Shown here one piece after another: positions 7,877-15,085 of a stretch of 36,906 nucleotides of DNA. The stretch is from a virus (taxonomy: Duplodnaviria; Heunggongvirae; Uroviricota; Caudoviricetes): IMG/VR virus record IMGVR_UViG_638341087_000007; one strand, written 5' to 3'. The translations under genes were made by a program, and so were the position numbers. The notes below the pieces were generated by a model. That model saw nothing but the letters and a program-made list of their open reading frames with translations. It had not been told where the DNA came from and searched no databases. How positions within the stretch are numbered: position 1 is the first letter of the stretch; each line of letters opens with the position of its first letter.

Positions 7877-9646
7877 TTAGTTGCCGTTAACAATGCTGAT
7901 AACGCTGCTGCGGGCCGGCGTGGTCAGCGTGGCCATGACTTCATCCAGTGCAGCTTCCGGTACGCCGTCCGGGTACTGTGCCGTTAACTGGCGGTAATGT
8001 TCCGGCGTCCAGGTAAGGCCGTTGGCGCTGAACTTCCCGCGCAGGGCTTTCGCGGCCTCCACATGAGTCATGGGACGCTGTTCAGTGCGCGGTCCGCGTA
8101 CGTCAGAGGCCTGACCTCGCTTCGGCATATAGGCCGGAAGTGTGGCGTCATCAATATGTTTATACGGGTCAAGCCGCCCGCCGAACGGCAGCGCCTTCGC
8201 CTTGCGTGCGGCAGCTGCATCTGCGGCGTTGTCTGTACCGGTGACCAGCGCTTCGGTTTCTTTTGCCGCCGTCTGTGCCGGTGTTTCCGGCAGGGCTTTG
8301 TAACTTTCGCCAAATACCGCCGCGCCTTCAGCAAAGCCAAACTCGTTCTTTCTGACCTCTTCGACCAGGAAGAACGTCTCGTGGCCGTCCTCACCGGTCA
8401 GAACCACCTGTGCCACATCGCTGCGCCACGGGTTACGGGTAATCATCAGTTTTTCACCGACCAGTACGCCCGGTACCGTTGATACGTCAAATTCAGTGCC
8501 CCGGAACGAGACACGAAGTTTTGGCGTGACTTTGCGGAGTTCTGGTGCCGCCACAGCCAGTTCACGGCATACCTCAACGGAAGGCGCTTTTTTCAGCTGC
8601 TCAGCAGTAATCTTCAGCCAGATATCCGTGCGGGTTTTACCGTGGCGGCTGTGAACAGCCGTGGCGTTAAAGTGGCTGCGCCATTTCGCGGCCAGCGCGT
8701 TGAGTTCTTCCAGACTGTGAACCGGCCGGAACTTCAGACCCGGCTCCAGCTTGCGTTCGATAATGTCACGCGCCTTTTCCACCTGTCCGGTGGCGCGGGC
8801 GTTATGCGGCTTGTGCGCTATCAGGTCGATGCCCAGTGAGCGACACATGTTTTTCGTCATACCCGCGGTGTTTGCCGAGCCGGGGTCGAGATAGAGTATT
8901 TTCGGCACGCCGTGCAGCACGTCTGCGCCGCCACGCTCCTGCATGGCGTTGATAAGCACAGAACACAGGTTCTCACCGGATTCCGCCCCCGTCACATACT
9001 CAACGTAAATCCAGCCGCTGGCATGGTCGGTAATCTCGTAACTCCACACGCGGTCACTGGCGATACGGGCAAGGTTAGCGGGCTTGTTCTTGTAGAACTT
9101 CGCGCTGTCCATCACCTGCAGCCCTTTATGTCCATTGCTCAGGTAGTAAAGCGTGCAGAGTGAGGCGTCAATCTGCCAGACATGATTGGGATGCAGACTG
9201 GCCACTTCGGTATGTGGTGCAGGGGCATCCAGTTGTTCCGGGTGCAGGCCATAGTTACGCAGGGCACGGCTGATGGCATCTTCAGACAACGGGAAAAACT
9301 CACCGGTGGTTTCATCTGTTCTGCCTGCGGTGATAAAGCCGTTAGCCCGCAGGGTTTCCACTGCATCTGCGATGGAATAGAGACGCTTACCGTTCTTGCG
9401 GGTGGCCTCACGCAGTGTGGCAGATATCAGCGCGGCTTCGTCGCGGGTCAGGGCGCTGCGCCCGGCATCGGCGCGTTTTTTGCGTTTATCAGTCACAGAG
9501 ACCTCCTTCAGCCTGCGCAGCAGAGTGGCGCGGGACATGCCAAGTTCAGCACAGGCAGCGTCGTATACTGCACCGCGTTTACCATGCCCCGCGTCACGTG
9601 CCGCGCGGGCGACATAAACCAGTCGTTCAGTCAGGGCAGCATTCAT
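7877..9646 (-). CDS. Mu A-like DDE transposase (integrase catalytic core)
   Basis: 589 aa; N-terminal HTH, retroviral-integrase-like core with candidate catalytic residues (HVWQIDAS..., YLDPGSANT...); followed by the B ATPase as in Mu. Confidence 0.8.
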   Translation of the reverse strand: MNAALTERLVYVARAARDAGHGKRGAVYDAACAELGMSRATLLRRLKEVSVTDKRKKRADAGRSALTRDEAALISATLREATRKNGKRLYSIADAVETLRANGFITAGRTDETTGEFFPLSEDAISRALRNYGLHPEQLDAPAPHTEVASLHPNHVWQIDASLCTLYYLSNGHKGLQVMDSAKFYKNKPANLARIASDRVWSYEITDHASGWIYVEYVTGAESGENLCSVLINAMQERGGADVLHGVPKILYLDPGSANTAGMTKNMCRSLGIDLIAHKPHNARATGQVEKARDIIERKLEPGLKFRPVHSLEELNALAAKWRSHFNATAVHSRHGKTRTDIWLKITAEQLKKAPSVEVCRELAVAAPELRKVTPKLRVSFRGTEFDVSTVPGVLVGEKLMITRNPWRSDVAQVVLTGEDGHETFFLVEEVRKNEFGFAEGAAVFGESYKALPETPAQTAAKETEALVTGTDNAADAAAARKAKALPFGGRLDPYKHIDDATLPAYMPKRGQASDVRGPRTEQRPMTHVEAAKALRGKFSANGLTWTPEHYRQLTAQYPDGVPEAALDEVMATLTTPARSSVISIVNGN

Positions 9647-9649
9647 TGG

Positions 9650-10561
9650 TTATGCCTCCAGCCCGTTAATCTGTGGCGTCGGCTCAGTCAGCCATGAAGG
9701 CGCGACATCGCCTGTTGGCTCGTCCGGCAGGTCAAATGTGGAGCGCAGGCTACGCGCTGTGCTTTCCAGTTGACAGACCAGGCCTGCCATGAAGTCTCTG
9801 GGGGTATCAATCATGTTTTCAGCACAATATGCGCACAGTGTCTCAAAAGCGCTGGACAGTCGAACGGCGATGGCAGATTCCGCCTCAACCGCTAATGCTG
9901 TCACTTCCGCCCGCAGCTTCTTAACCTCCTCATCAGGCTCAGGCGGCTGAATACGGGATTTCTTCTCCAGTCTGGTGGAGAGTGAGTCTATTTTTTCATT
10001 TTTGTCGGCGAGTACGCGCTGTTGTGCTGCGTTGGTTTCGCGCGCTTCGCGCAGGGCCTGACGCAATTCACGTACTGACATGCGATCAACATCGTCAAGC
10101 GTCAGTCCTGCGACTGTGCCGCCGTCGGCCAGTTCAGCAAGGTCGTCGTCATCTTCAGCAACAAGTTCAAATAATTTTGCCTTACCTAAAAGCGACAACG
10201 TTGTCGCTTTTGGCTCTAGTTTTGGTGAAAGGTATTTCAAAGATGCTTTCATCATTCGTTGTGCTGCGCGCACATGCAGACCAAGTTGTTCTTCTACAAT
10301 TCCAACAAAGTCCCCGTGTGGTTCATTTTCTTTGAGAATAATAAGTCGTTTACCTGCTTCCAGCATGGCCTCAGCGCTCTGTGCCATATAAAACCGAGCC
10401 TCATGAACTATGCGATCACGCTCATAGGGCTGACCATCGCCAAACTGCTGCATGATCTCCATGCGATGCTGTGTCATGGCGTTCAGACTGACATTGAGAT
10501 CATCCGACAGCGGTACCTCGGCGTTCAGTTCAGTGTTAATCGGTGATTTGGTGCGTCCCAT
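9650..10561 (-). CDS. hypothetical protein (303 aa), acidic with coiled-coil region
   Basis: ORF between ner and the transposase; no family recognised. Confidence 0.5.
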   Translation of the reverse strand: MGRTKSPINTELNAEVPLSDDLNVSLNAMTQHRMEIMQQFGDGQPYERDRIVHEARFYMAQSAEAMLEAGKRLIILKENEPHGDFVGIVEEQLGLHVRAAQRMMKASLKYLSPKLEPKATTLSLLGKAKLFELVAEDDDDLAELADGGTVAGLTLDDVDRMSVRELRQALREARETNAAQQRVLADKNEKIDSLSTRLEKKSRIQPPEPDEEVKKLRAEVTALAVEAESAIAVRLSSAFETLCAYCAENMIDTPRDFMAGLVCQLESTARSLRSTFDLPDEPTGDVAPSWLTEPTPQINGLEA

Positions 10562-10571
10562 TTATTACTCC

Positions 10572-10886
10572 TTACAAACGACTACCTGAAATGACACGTT
10601 GGTTGATTTCGTTAATGCGATCCTGTGCACGTGCCATCTCGTTACTGTGGGCCATAGCGATCTGCAGTAACTGGATGCCCGGCGCGAAACGCCCGTTTTC
10701 CAGTTTCAGGGCCAACCCTTCTTCAATGAGGGTGTTGAGTGCCCGGTTGATGTTTGCCGGTGACTCGTGCAGTGCTGCCGCCAGTTCACCGTTGGAAATA
10801 CCGTTCAGGGCATGACCGCGCAGCGCTTTGAGTACCCGGAGGATGCGACTGCCGGAGCTTGAAACATTCGTCTTACTCATCTGCAT
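10572..10886 (-). CDS. IclR-like winged-HTH DNA-binding protein (HTH domain only)
   Basis: SRILRVLKALRGHALNGISNGELAAALHESPANINRALNTLIEEGLA matches the IclR-type N-terminal HTH pattern. Confidence 0.5.
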   Translation of the reverse strand: MQMSKTNVSSSGSRILRVLKALRGHALNGISNGELAAALHESPANINRALNTLIEEGLALKLENGRFAPGIQLLQIAMAHSNEMARAQDRINEINQRVISGSRL

Positions 10887-10932
10887 ACCTCTTTTGCGAT
10901 ATGTGATAACCTTTTACAAAGACTCAAAATCT

Positions 10933-11121
10933 TCAGGCTGCCTGAGCTGTTGATTTCAGCCCCAACTTCACGGCGATTTCATGGGATTTACCGTAACGGG
11001 CTTTGGTCTGCCCATTGAGAACGCGGTATACCTCATTGCGGTTGTAGCCGTTTTCTTCTGCCCAGCGGGTGAAAGTGATCCCGCGCTGGCGGAAGAGAGC
11101 TTTGACTTGTTCTGCAGTCAT
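10933..11121 (-). CDS. ner: Ner-like DNA-binding protein (Cro-like early regulator)
   Basis: 62 aa; HTH resembling the Ner/Nlp family; AAGGAGA RBS; divergent from the repressor gene. Confidence 0.65.
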   Translation of the reverse strand: MTAEQVKALFRQRGITFTRWAEENGYNRNEVYRVLNGQTKARYGKSHEIAVKLGLKSTAQAA

Positions 11122-11221
11122 CGTTGTCTCCTTTGTTGATGCAATGATGTTTGCCTTATGTGTGATAGATTATGGTGCAGATTATCTCACCAGTCAACTT
11201 AAAGAGTGCAGAAAAACTCAC
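11122..11221. promoter_or_regulatory. repressor/ner intergenic operator-promoter region
   Basis: 100-bp AT-rich divergent intergenic region with direct AGATTAT repeats and the element GTGAGATAAT on the minus strand. Confidence 0.5.
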
Positions 11222-11560
11222 ATGATCGGGTTACGTATTAAAGAAGAAAGAGAGCGTCTATCTCTTACACAGCAAGGGTTGGCTGATGCTATAGGTGTGG
11301 CAAAGAGAACTTTCATTGATTGGGAAAAAGATCGCACTTCTCCTACTGCAGTGCAGTTATCTGCACTATCAGAAATCGGTGTAGATATTTTGTATGTAGT
11401 TACTGGGGTGCGGAGTCAGCCTGTTGTTGCACCTTATGTGTCACAAGAAAAGAAAGAGTTAATGGATGCATTCGACGAAATGAGCCCCGAACAACGGAGG
11501 GCAATTCTTGAGGTCGGCAAAGTCTTCATTCAACCCAAACCAAGCAAACTCGCAGGCTGA
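11222..11560 (+). CDS. XRE-family HTH repressor (putative immunity repressor)
   Basis: Starts MIGLRIKEERERLSLTQQGLADAIGV, an XRE-type HTH; the 11069 start in the track would overlap ner. Confidence 0.6.
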   Translation: MIGLRIKEERERLSLTQQGLADAIGVAKRTFIDWEKDRTSPTAVQLSALSEIGVDILYVVTGVRSQPVVAPYVSQEKKELMDAFDEMSPEQRRAILEVGKVFIQPKPSKLAG

Positions 11561-11645
11561 TTTTGACCTGGACACAAAGGGCGCGTGGTTGATCTGGATG
11601 CTTTCAGAAAACATCGCCAGTGACATAGTGGAAGTTGTTTGGTTT

Positions 11646-11677
11646 ACCGGAAAGCATTGTGCTTTCCGGTTTTGTTC
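11646..11677 (+). terminator. rho-independent terminator downstream of the repressor gene
   Basis: Perfect 10-bp stem ACCGGAAAGC/GCTTTCCGGT, 5-nt loop, followed by TTTGTTC. Confidence 0.55.
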
Positions 11678-12440
11678 AGAAGTTGCAGATTACCAGTTCA
11701 CGGCGTGGCGTGGGTTTCCCCGCCAGACTGTAGTTGATATTCACCGTCTGTATGTTCAGTTCAGTGAACACCCGACGCATCTGCGGAATGTCATTCACCG
11801 AGATAATCATCTTTCCTCTGATGCACCGTGCCAGTTCTGCGAGTAGTGTGTAGTTCTCTTCAGGAAAATCCACACCATAGCCTTCCGTCCCCAGATAGGG
11901 CGGATCACAGTAGAACAGCGTGTGCGGACGGTCATAACGCTTAATGCACTGGTGCCAGTCCATGTGTTCTATCACCGTTCTGGAAAGCCGCAGGTGTGCC
12001 GCTGACAGTTCTTCTTCAATCCGTAGCAGGTTGAAGCGTGGCGGGGAGGTGGTGGAGGTGCCGAAGCTGTGCTCTGCCACCTTGCCCCCAAACGCCTGCT
12101 TCTGGAGGTAGTAGAACCGTGCCGCACGCTGGATATCCGTCAGTGTTTCTTCCGGGGTGATCTGCAGCCATTTGTAGATCTGCCGGCTAACCAGCGCCCA
12201 TTTGAATTGGCGGACAAATTCTTCCAGATGATGCTTTACTACCCGATACAGATTTACCAGTTCACCGTTGATATCGTTAATGACTTCGATCTTGCTGGGA
12301 GTCTTGAGAAAATAAAGTGCTGCTGCGCCGCAGAATGGCTCCACATAGCAGGTATGGAGTGGGAACTGAGGCAGAATGTGTTTGGCCAGACGACGTTTTC
12401 CCCCAATCCAGGGGACGATGGGTAAAGATTGTTCTTTCAT
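11676..12440 (-). CDS. Dam-like DNA N6-adenine methyltransferase (orphan)
   Basis: N-terminal PIVPWIGGKRR AdoMet-binding motif and DPPY catalytic motif; the track start at 12521 is a GTG, first ATG is at 12440. Confidence 0.85.
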   Translation of the reverse strand: MKEQSLPIVPWIGGKRRLAKHILPQFPLHTCYVEPFCGAAALYFLKTPSKIEVINDINGELVNLYRVVKHHLEEFVRQFKWALVSRQIYKWLQITPEETLTDIQRAARFYYLQKQAFGGKVAEHSFGTSTTSPPRFNLLRIEEELSAAHLRLSRTVIEHMDWHQCIKRYDRPHTLFYCDPPYLGTEGYGVDFPEENYTLLAELARCIRGKMIISVNDIPQMRRVFTELNIQTVNINYSLAGKPTPRRELVICNF

Positions 12441-12590
12441 TATCTGTAAGCCTTTTTCATTAGATGAAAATGCGATAGGCTTCCCTTGTTCTCGAGAACG
12501 GAAGAGCCTCGGTTGACTCACAGCTCATACCTGTAAGTTGATGACTCGCCTTGTGTTCGCTGCACAAGGTGAGTCGCTCTTTTCATGTTA
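12395..12590. repeat. direct repeat copy A (dam 5' end, leader and hairpin)
   Basis: About 190 bp, by-eye roughly 70% identical to 13029-13222; hairpin at an equivalent position. Confidence 0.6.
12543..12585 (+). terminator. hairpin plus T-tract (terminator-like RNA element) in repeat A
   Basis: 13-bp stem GACTCGCCTTGTG/CACAAGGTGAGTC (one G-U pair on the plus-strand transcript), 7-nt loop, followed by CTCTTTTC. Confidence 0.45.
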
Positions 12591-12634
12591 TTTGCATATT
12601 TCATGGGCGACAATTAAAGGGAGTTACTAATACC

Positions 12635-13015
12635 ATGGCCCCAAAAAATATTGAGCGGTTTAATGAAATAGTTGGTGAGATATTTGGGAGACTCTACGAA
12701 TCTTTCCCCGTCAAAATTGATATAAAGGCAGTTGATATCGTTAGACAGAATGAACTTACTTTTTTTCTTGATACCGTAGACTGGCTTAAAAACAGTGGCT
12801 ATTTAATCGGGGCGCGTAGTTCTGGGGGGATCCACAACGCAGTGCTAACGGCTAAAGGTCTTGAGGTATTAAACGCTACGCCTGGAAGTCTGGAAAAACC
12901 GTTGGGGGCCAGAATATCTGACTCTATAAAAATTGAAGGGAAAGAAGCGTTGCGATCACTGGTTAGCCAGACTCTAGGAATAGGTCTGCAATATATGTCT
13001 CGTGGTCTTATGTAA
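12635..13015 (+). CDS. small protein X1 (126 aa), predicted winged-helix-like; paralogue of 13479..13883
   Basis: Shares with X2 the pattern G-x-IF-x-RL ... F-x-DT-x-x-WL ... VLT-x-K-x-L-x-x-LNA-x-P; AT-rich codon usage compared with flanking phage genes. Confidence 0.6.
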   Translation: MAPKNIERFNEIVGEIFGRLYESFPVKIDIKAVDIVRQNELTFFLDTVDWLKNSGYLIGARSSGGIHNAVLTAKGLEVLNATPGSLEKPLGARISDSIKIEGKEALRSLVSQTLGIGLQYMSRGLM

Positions 13016-13075
13016 TATCGCAAGGCAGCGTTTGCCACCAATCCATGGAACGATGGGTAATGTCTGCGTTTTCAT
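12974..13075 (-). pseudogene. dam 5' fragment (second, truncated copy)
   Basis: Minus-strand translation MKTQTLPIVPWIGGKRCL... matches Dam N-terminus MKEQSLPIVPWIGGKRRL...; frame ends after 33 codons and overlaps the X1 3' end. Confidence 0.6.
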
Positions 13076-13222
13076 AATCTGTAAACATTTTACAATTATT
13101 AAAAATATGGCAGGCTAGTCTGGTCTCACGAGACTGACTGAACCTCGGTCGGCTCACAGTGCATTCCTGTGGGACGATGGCCAGCCCGGCTTTCGGGTGC
13201 CGGGCTGGTCGTTCTTTCATGA
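13029..13222. repeat. direct repeat copy B (dam' 5' end, leader and hairpin)
   Basis: Alignable with 12395-12590. Confidence 0.6.
13181..13221 (+). terminator. hairpin plus T-tract (terminator-like) in repeat B
   Basis: 10-bp stem CCAGCCCGGC/GCCGGGCTGG, 8-nt loop, followed by TCGTTCTTTC; same relative position as the hairpin in repeat A but different stem sequence. Confidence 0.5.
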
Positions 13223-13264
13223 TGCGGCAGGGATAGTGGGATTTCTGTTAATGCGGTTTAGGGA

Positions 13265-13480
13265 TTATCCGGGGTGATTTTCTGACCTTATCTGGTCCAG
13301 GGCGTAAGTGAGCCCTTCTGCAAAAACAGAAGTATCAAACTGCTTTTGTATTTCCTGAAAATGAACAGTGGCACGACAGATACTCAGTTCTCCGCGATGT
13401 AACCGGATAATATCTTCCAGAACATTGTTCACTGCTTCAGCACGGCGCTGATGTTCTGTTAACGTTAATCGGGGATTCAT
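13265..13480 (-). CDS. hypothetical small protein (71 aa), uncertain
   Basis: Strong RBS (AAGGAG, 6 nt spacing) but its start codon overlaps the X2 start codon divergently by 2 nt. Confidence 0.3.
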   Translation of the reverse strand: MNPRLTLTEHQRRAEAVNNVLEDIIRLHRGELSICRATVHFQEIQKQFDTSVFAEGLTYALDQIRSENHPG

Positions 13481-13883
13481 GATGCACTCCTTAAATGATG
13501 ATTTTTATGTACTCACCGGCAAAATATTCTGCCGATTACTGAACACGCATCCGGTACCTCAGGTTTTGATTTATTCTGGTTTTTTCGATATCCCGGACCA
13601 GGTTGATCACGACCAGAAAAAGTGCCGGTATTTTATTGATACGCTGATATGGCTTCGGGATAACAGCTATATTCGTTACTCTCAGTTGCTGGCTGTGGGA
13701 GCGGCTGATGTCGTCCTCACGGAAAAAACGCTCTGTCTGCTCAATGCCATGCCGACCTTTCTGCAGCCCCGGCCCGTGCCATTTAAAGAGTCGCTTCTGG
13801 ATGCAGTAAAAACCGGTGAAAATGCAGTCATCGCTGAATGCGTATCCCGGATTATGCGTTACGTGTTTAATGAACGTAAGTGA
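13479..13883 (+). CDS. small protein X2 (134 aa), paralogue of X1
   Basis: Same conserved pattern as X1; GGGGA RBS; 3' end overlaps the convergent NTPase gene by 25 nt. Confidence 0.6.
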   Translation: MMHSLNDDFYVLTGKIFCRLLNTHPVPQVLIYSGFFDIPDQVDHDQKKCRYFIDTLIWLRDNSYIRYSQLLAVGAADVVLTEKTLCLLNAMPTFLQPRPVPFKESLLDAVKTGENAVIAECVSRIMRYVFNERK

Positions 13884-14602
13884 GGTTTATCCGTTGTCTG
13901 CATAATCCCGATAGCCAGTGCGAGGGGAAGCAATTCCGGGGAAACTTTTTCAAACAGCGATTCCCATTCTCCTCTCGCCATCACTCTGTCCAGCCCGCCC
14001 TCCAGCTGCATTTCAGCAATCTTCCTGATTTCCCGGAACAACGCCGCTTTGATCTCTTCATGCTCAGCTTTATTTTCCGGTGTCAGAATGTATTCGTCGA
14101 AGAACCGGGGAGGCTGGTTAACGGGGATTGTGTTCACCGGGATGTGTTCCTGCTTCCCGTACTTCGGGGCCGAAAAACATTCTGTTGGCTGACCAGCGAG
14201 TTTACGTAACTCCTTCATGAGCAGCTCCTGATCGTAAACTGTCATCAGTGCCGCAATGGTGGCATGCAGTGCATCGGGCAGTATCCAGGGTTGCCGGCCC
14301 GTGGGGCATATAACATCCAGCAGCTCATTCGTCCGACAGATACGCTCCTCGCCGTATGACAACAGGCCCTGTCCCGTGTATTCCTCCAGCCTGATCACTG
14401 TGCCAGCCCGTGGCTTCTGCCAGGTCGTCAGATCATCGCCACTCATACGGCGCTCATTCTCCACGTCAGCAGCATCGACAATGACGCTGTTTCCGAGTTC
14501 CTGTTTCACCATCTCTTCTATCCGCGCCAGTACGTAACTTTTACCGCTGCCCACAGGACCGGACACAGTGACAGTGATGACCGGATTCAGTGTGTGCGTC
14601 AT
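13859..14602 (-). CDS. P-loop NTPase, small-kinase-like N-terminal domain with unknown C-terminal domain
   Basis: Walker A VSGPVGSGKSYV near the N-terminus, candidate Walker B VIVDAAD; no further family recognised. Confidence 0.6.
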   Translation of the reverse strand: MTHTLNPVITVTVSGPVGSGKSYVLARIEEMVKQELGNSVIVDAADVENERRMSGDDLTTWQKPRAGTVIRLEEYTGQGLLSYGEERICRTNELLDVICPTGRQPWILPDALHATIAALMTVYDQELLMKELRKLAGQPTECFSAPKYGKQEHIPVNTIPVNQPPRFFDEYILTPENKAEHEEIKAALFREIRKIAEMQLEGGLDRVMARGEWESLFEKVSPELLPLALAIGIMQTTDKPHLRSLNT

Positions 14603-14662
14603 ATCGTATTCTCCTCTGTGAATAATTCATCGTTTATCCTGCACACCCCGTATCCCCGGCTC

Positions 14663-14683
14663 TCTTAACGCGCTTTAAAATCC
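14663..14683 (+). promoter_or_regulatory. candidate late promoter element upstream of the lysis operon
   Basis: TCTTAACGCGCTTTAAAATCC, one of three similar elements upstream of late operons. Confidence 0.4.
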
Positions 14684-14732
14684 TTCGCGCCCTGTATTTG
14701 TGATGCTGTCTCCACCAGACAAGGAGACACAC

Positions 14733-15083
14733 ATGAAAAGCCTGAAAAAATTCATTCCCCCTGTTAAAAAACCTCGCCTCAGCGGCTGGCTGCTGACCTC
14801 AGTGCTGTTGCTGGGCACCATCGCTCTGGTCTCGCCACAGCAGTTGCCTGTTGTGATCTACAAGCTGGCACTCATCACGCTGGCAGCAGTGCTGGGTTAC
14901 TGGCTTGACCGTTCGCTCTTCCCCAAAGCCCGTCCCGGTCAGTACCTGAAACATGACGACAGGCTGATGGCTGAAGGGCGTTTCCCTGTGCAGACCGGCC
15001 TTCACCTTGTGTTTGCTGCTGCGTTAATCCGCCGTGCACTGATTGTTGCAGCGATCTGTCTGGCTGTGGCAACAGGACTGTGA
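14733..15083 (+). CDS. membrane protein, putative holin
   Basis: 116 aa with three hydrophobic segments, first gene of the lysis cassette, AAGGAG RBS; holin role is positional inference only. Confidence 0.4.
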   Translation: MKSLKKFIPPVKKPRLSGWLLTSVLLLGTIALVSPQQLPVVIYKLALITLAAVLGYWLDRSLFPKARPGQYLKHDDRLMAEGRFPVQTGLHLVFAAALIRRALIVAAICLAVATGL

Positions 15084-15085
15084 CC

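Noticed and set aside
7997-9697. Several plus-strand ORFs of 160-170 aa
   Set aside because: Antisense within the transposase gene; Arg/Ala-rich composition typical of out-of-frame GC-rich translation.
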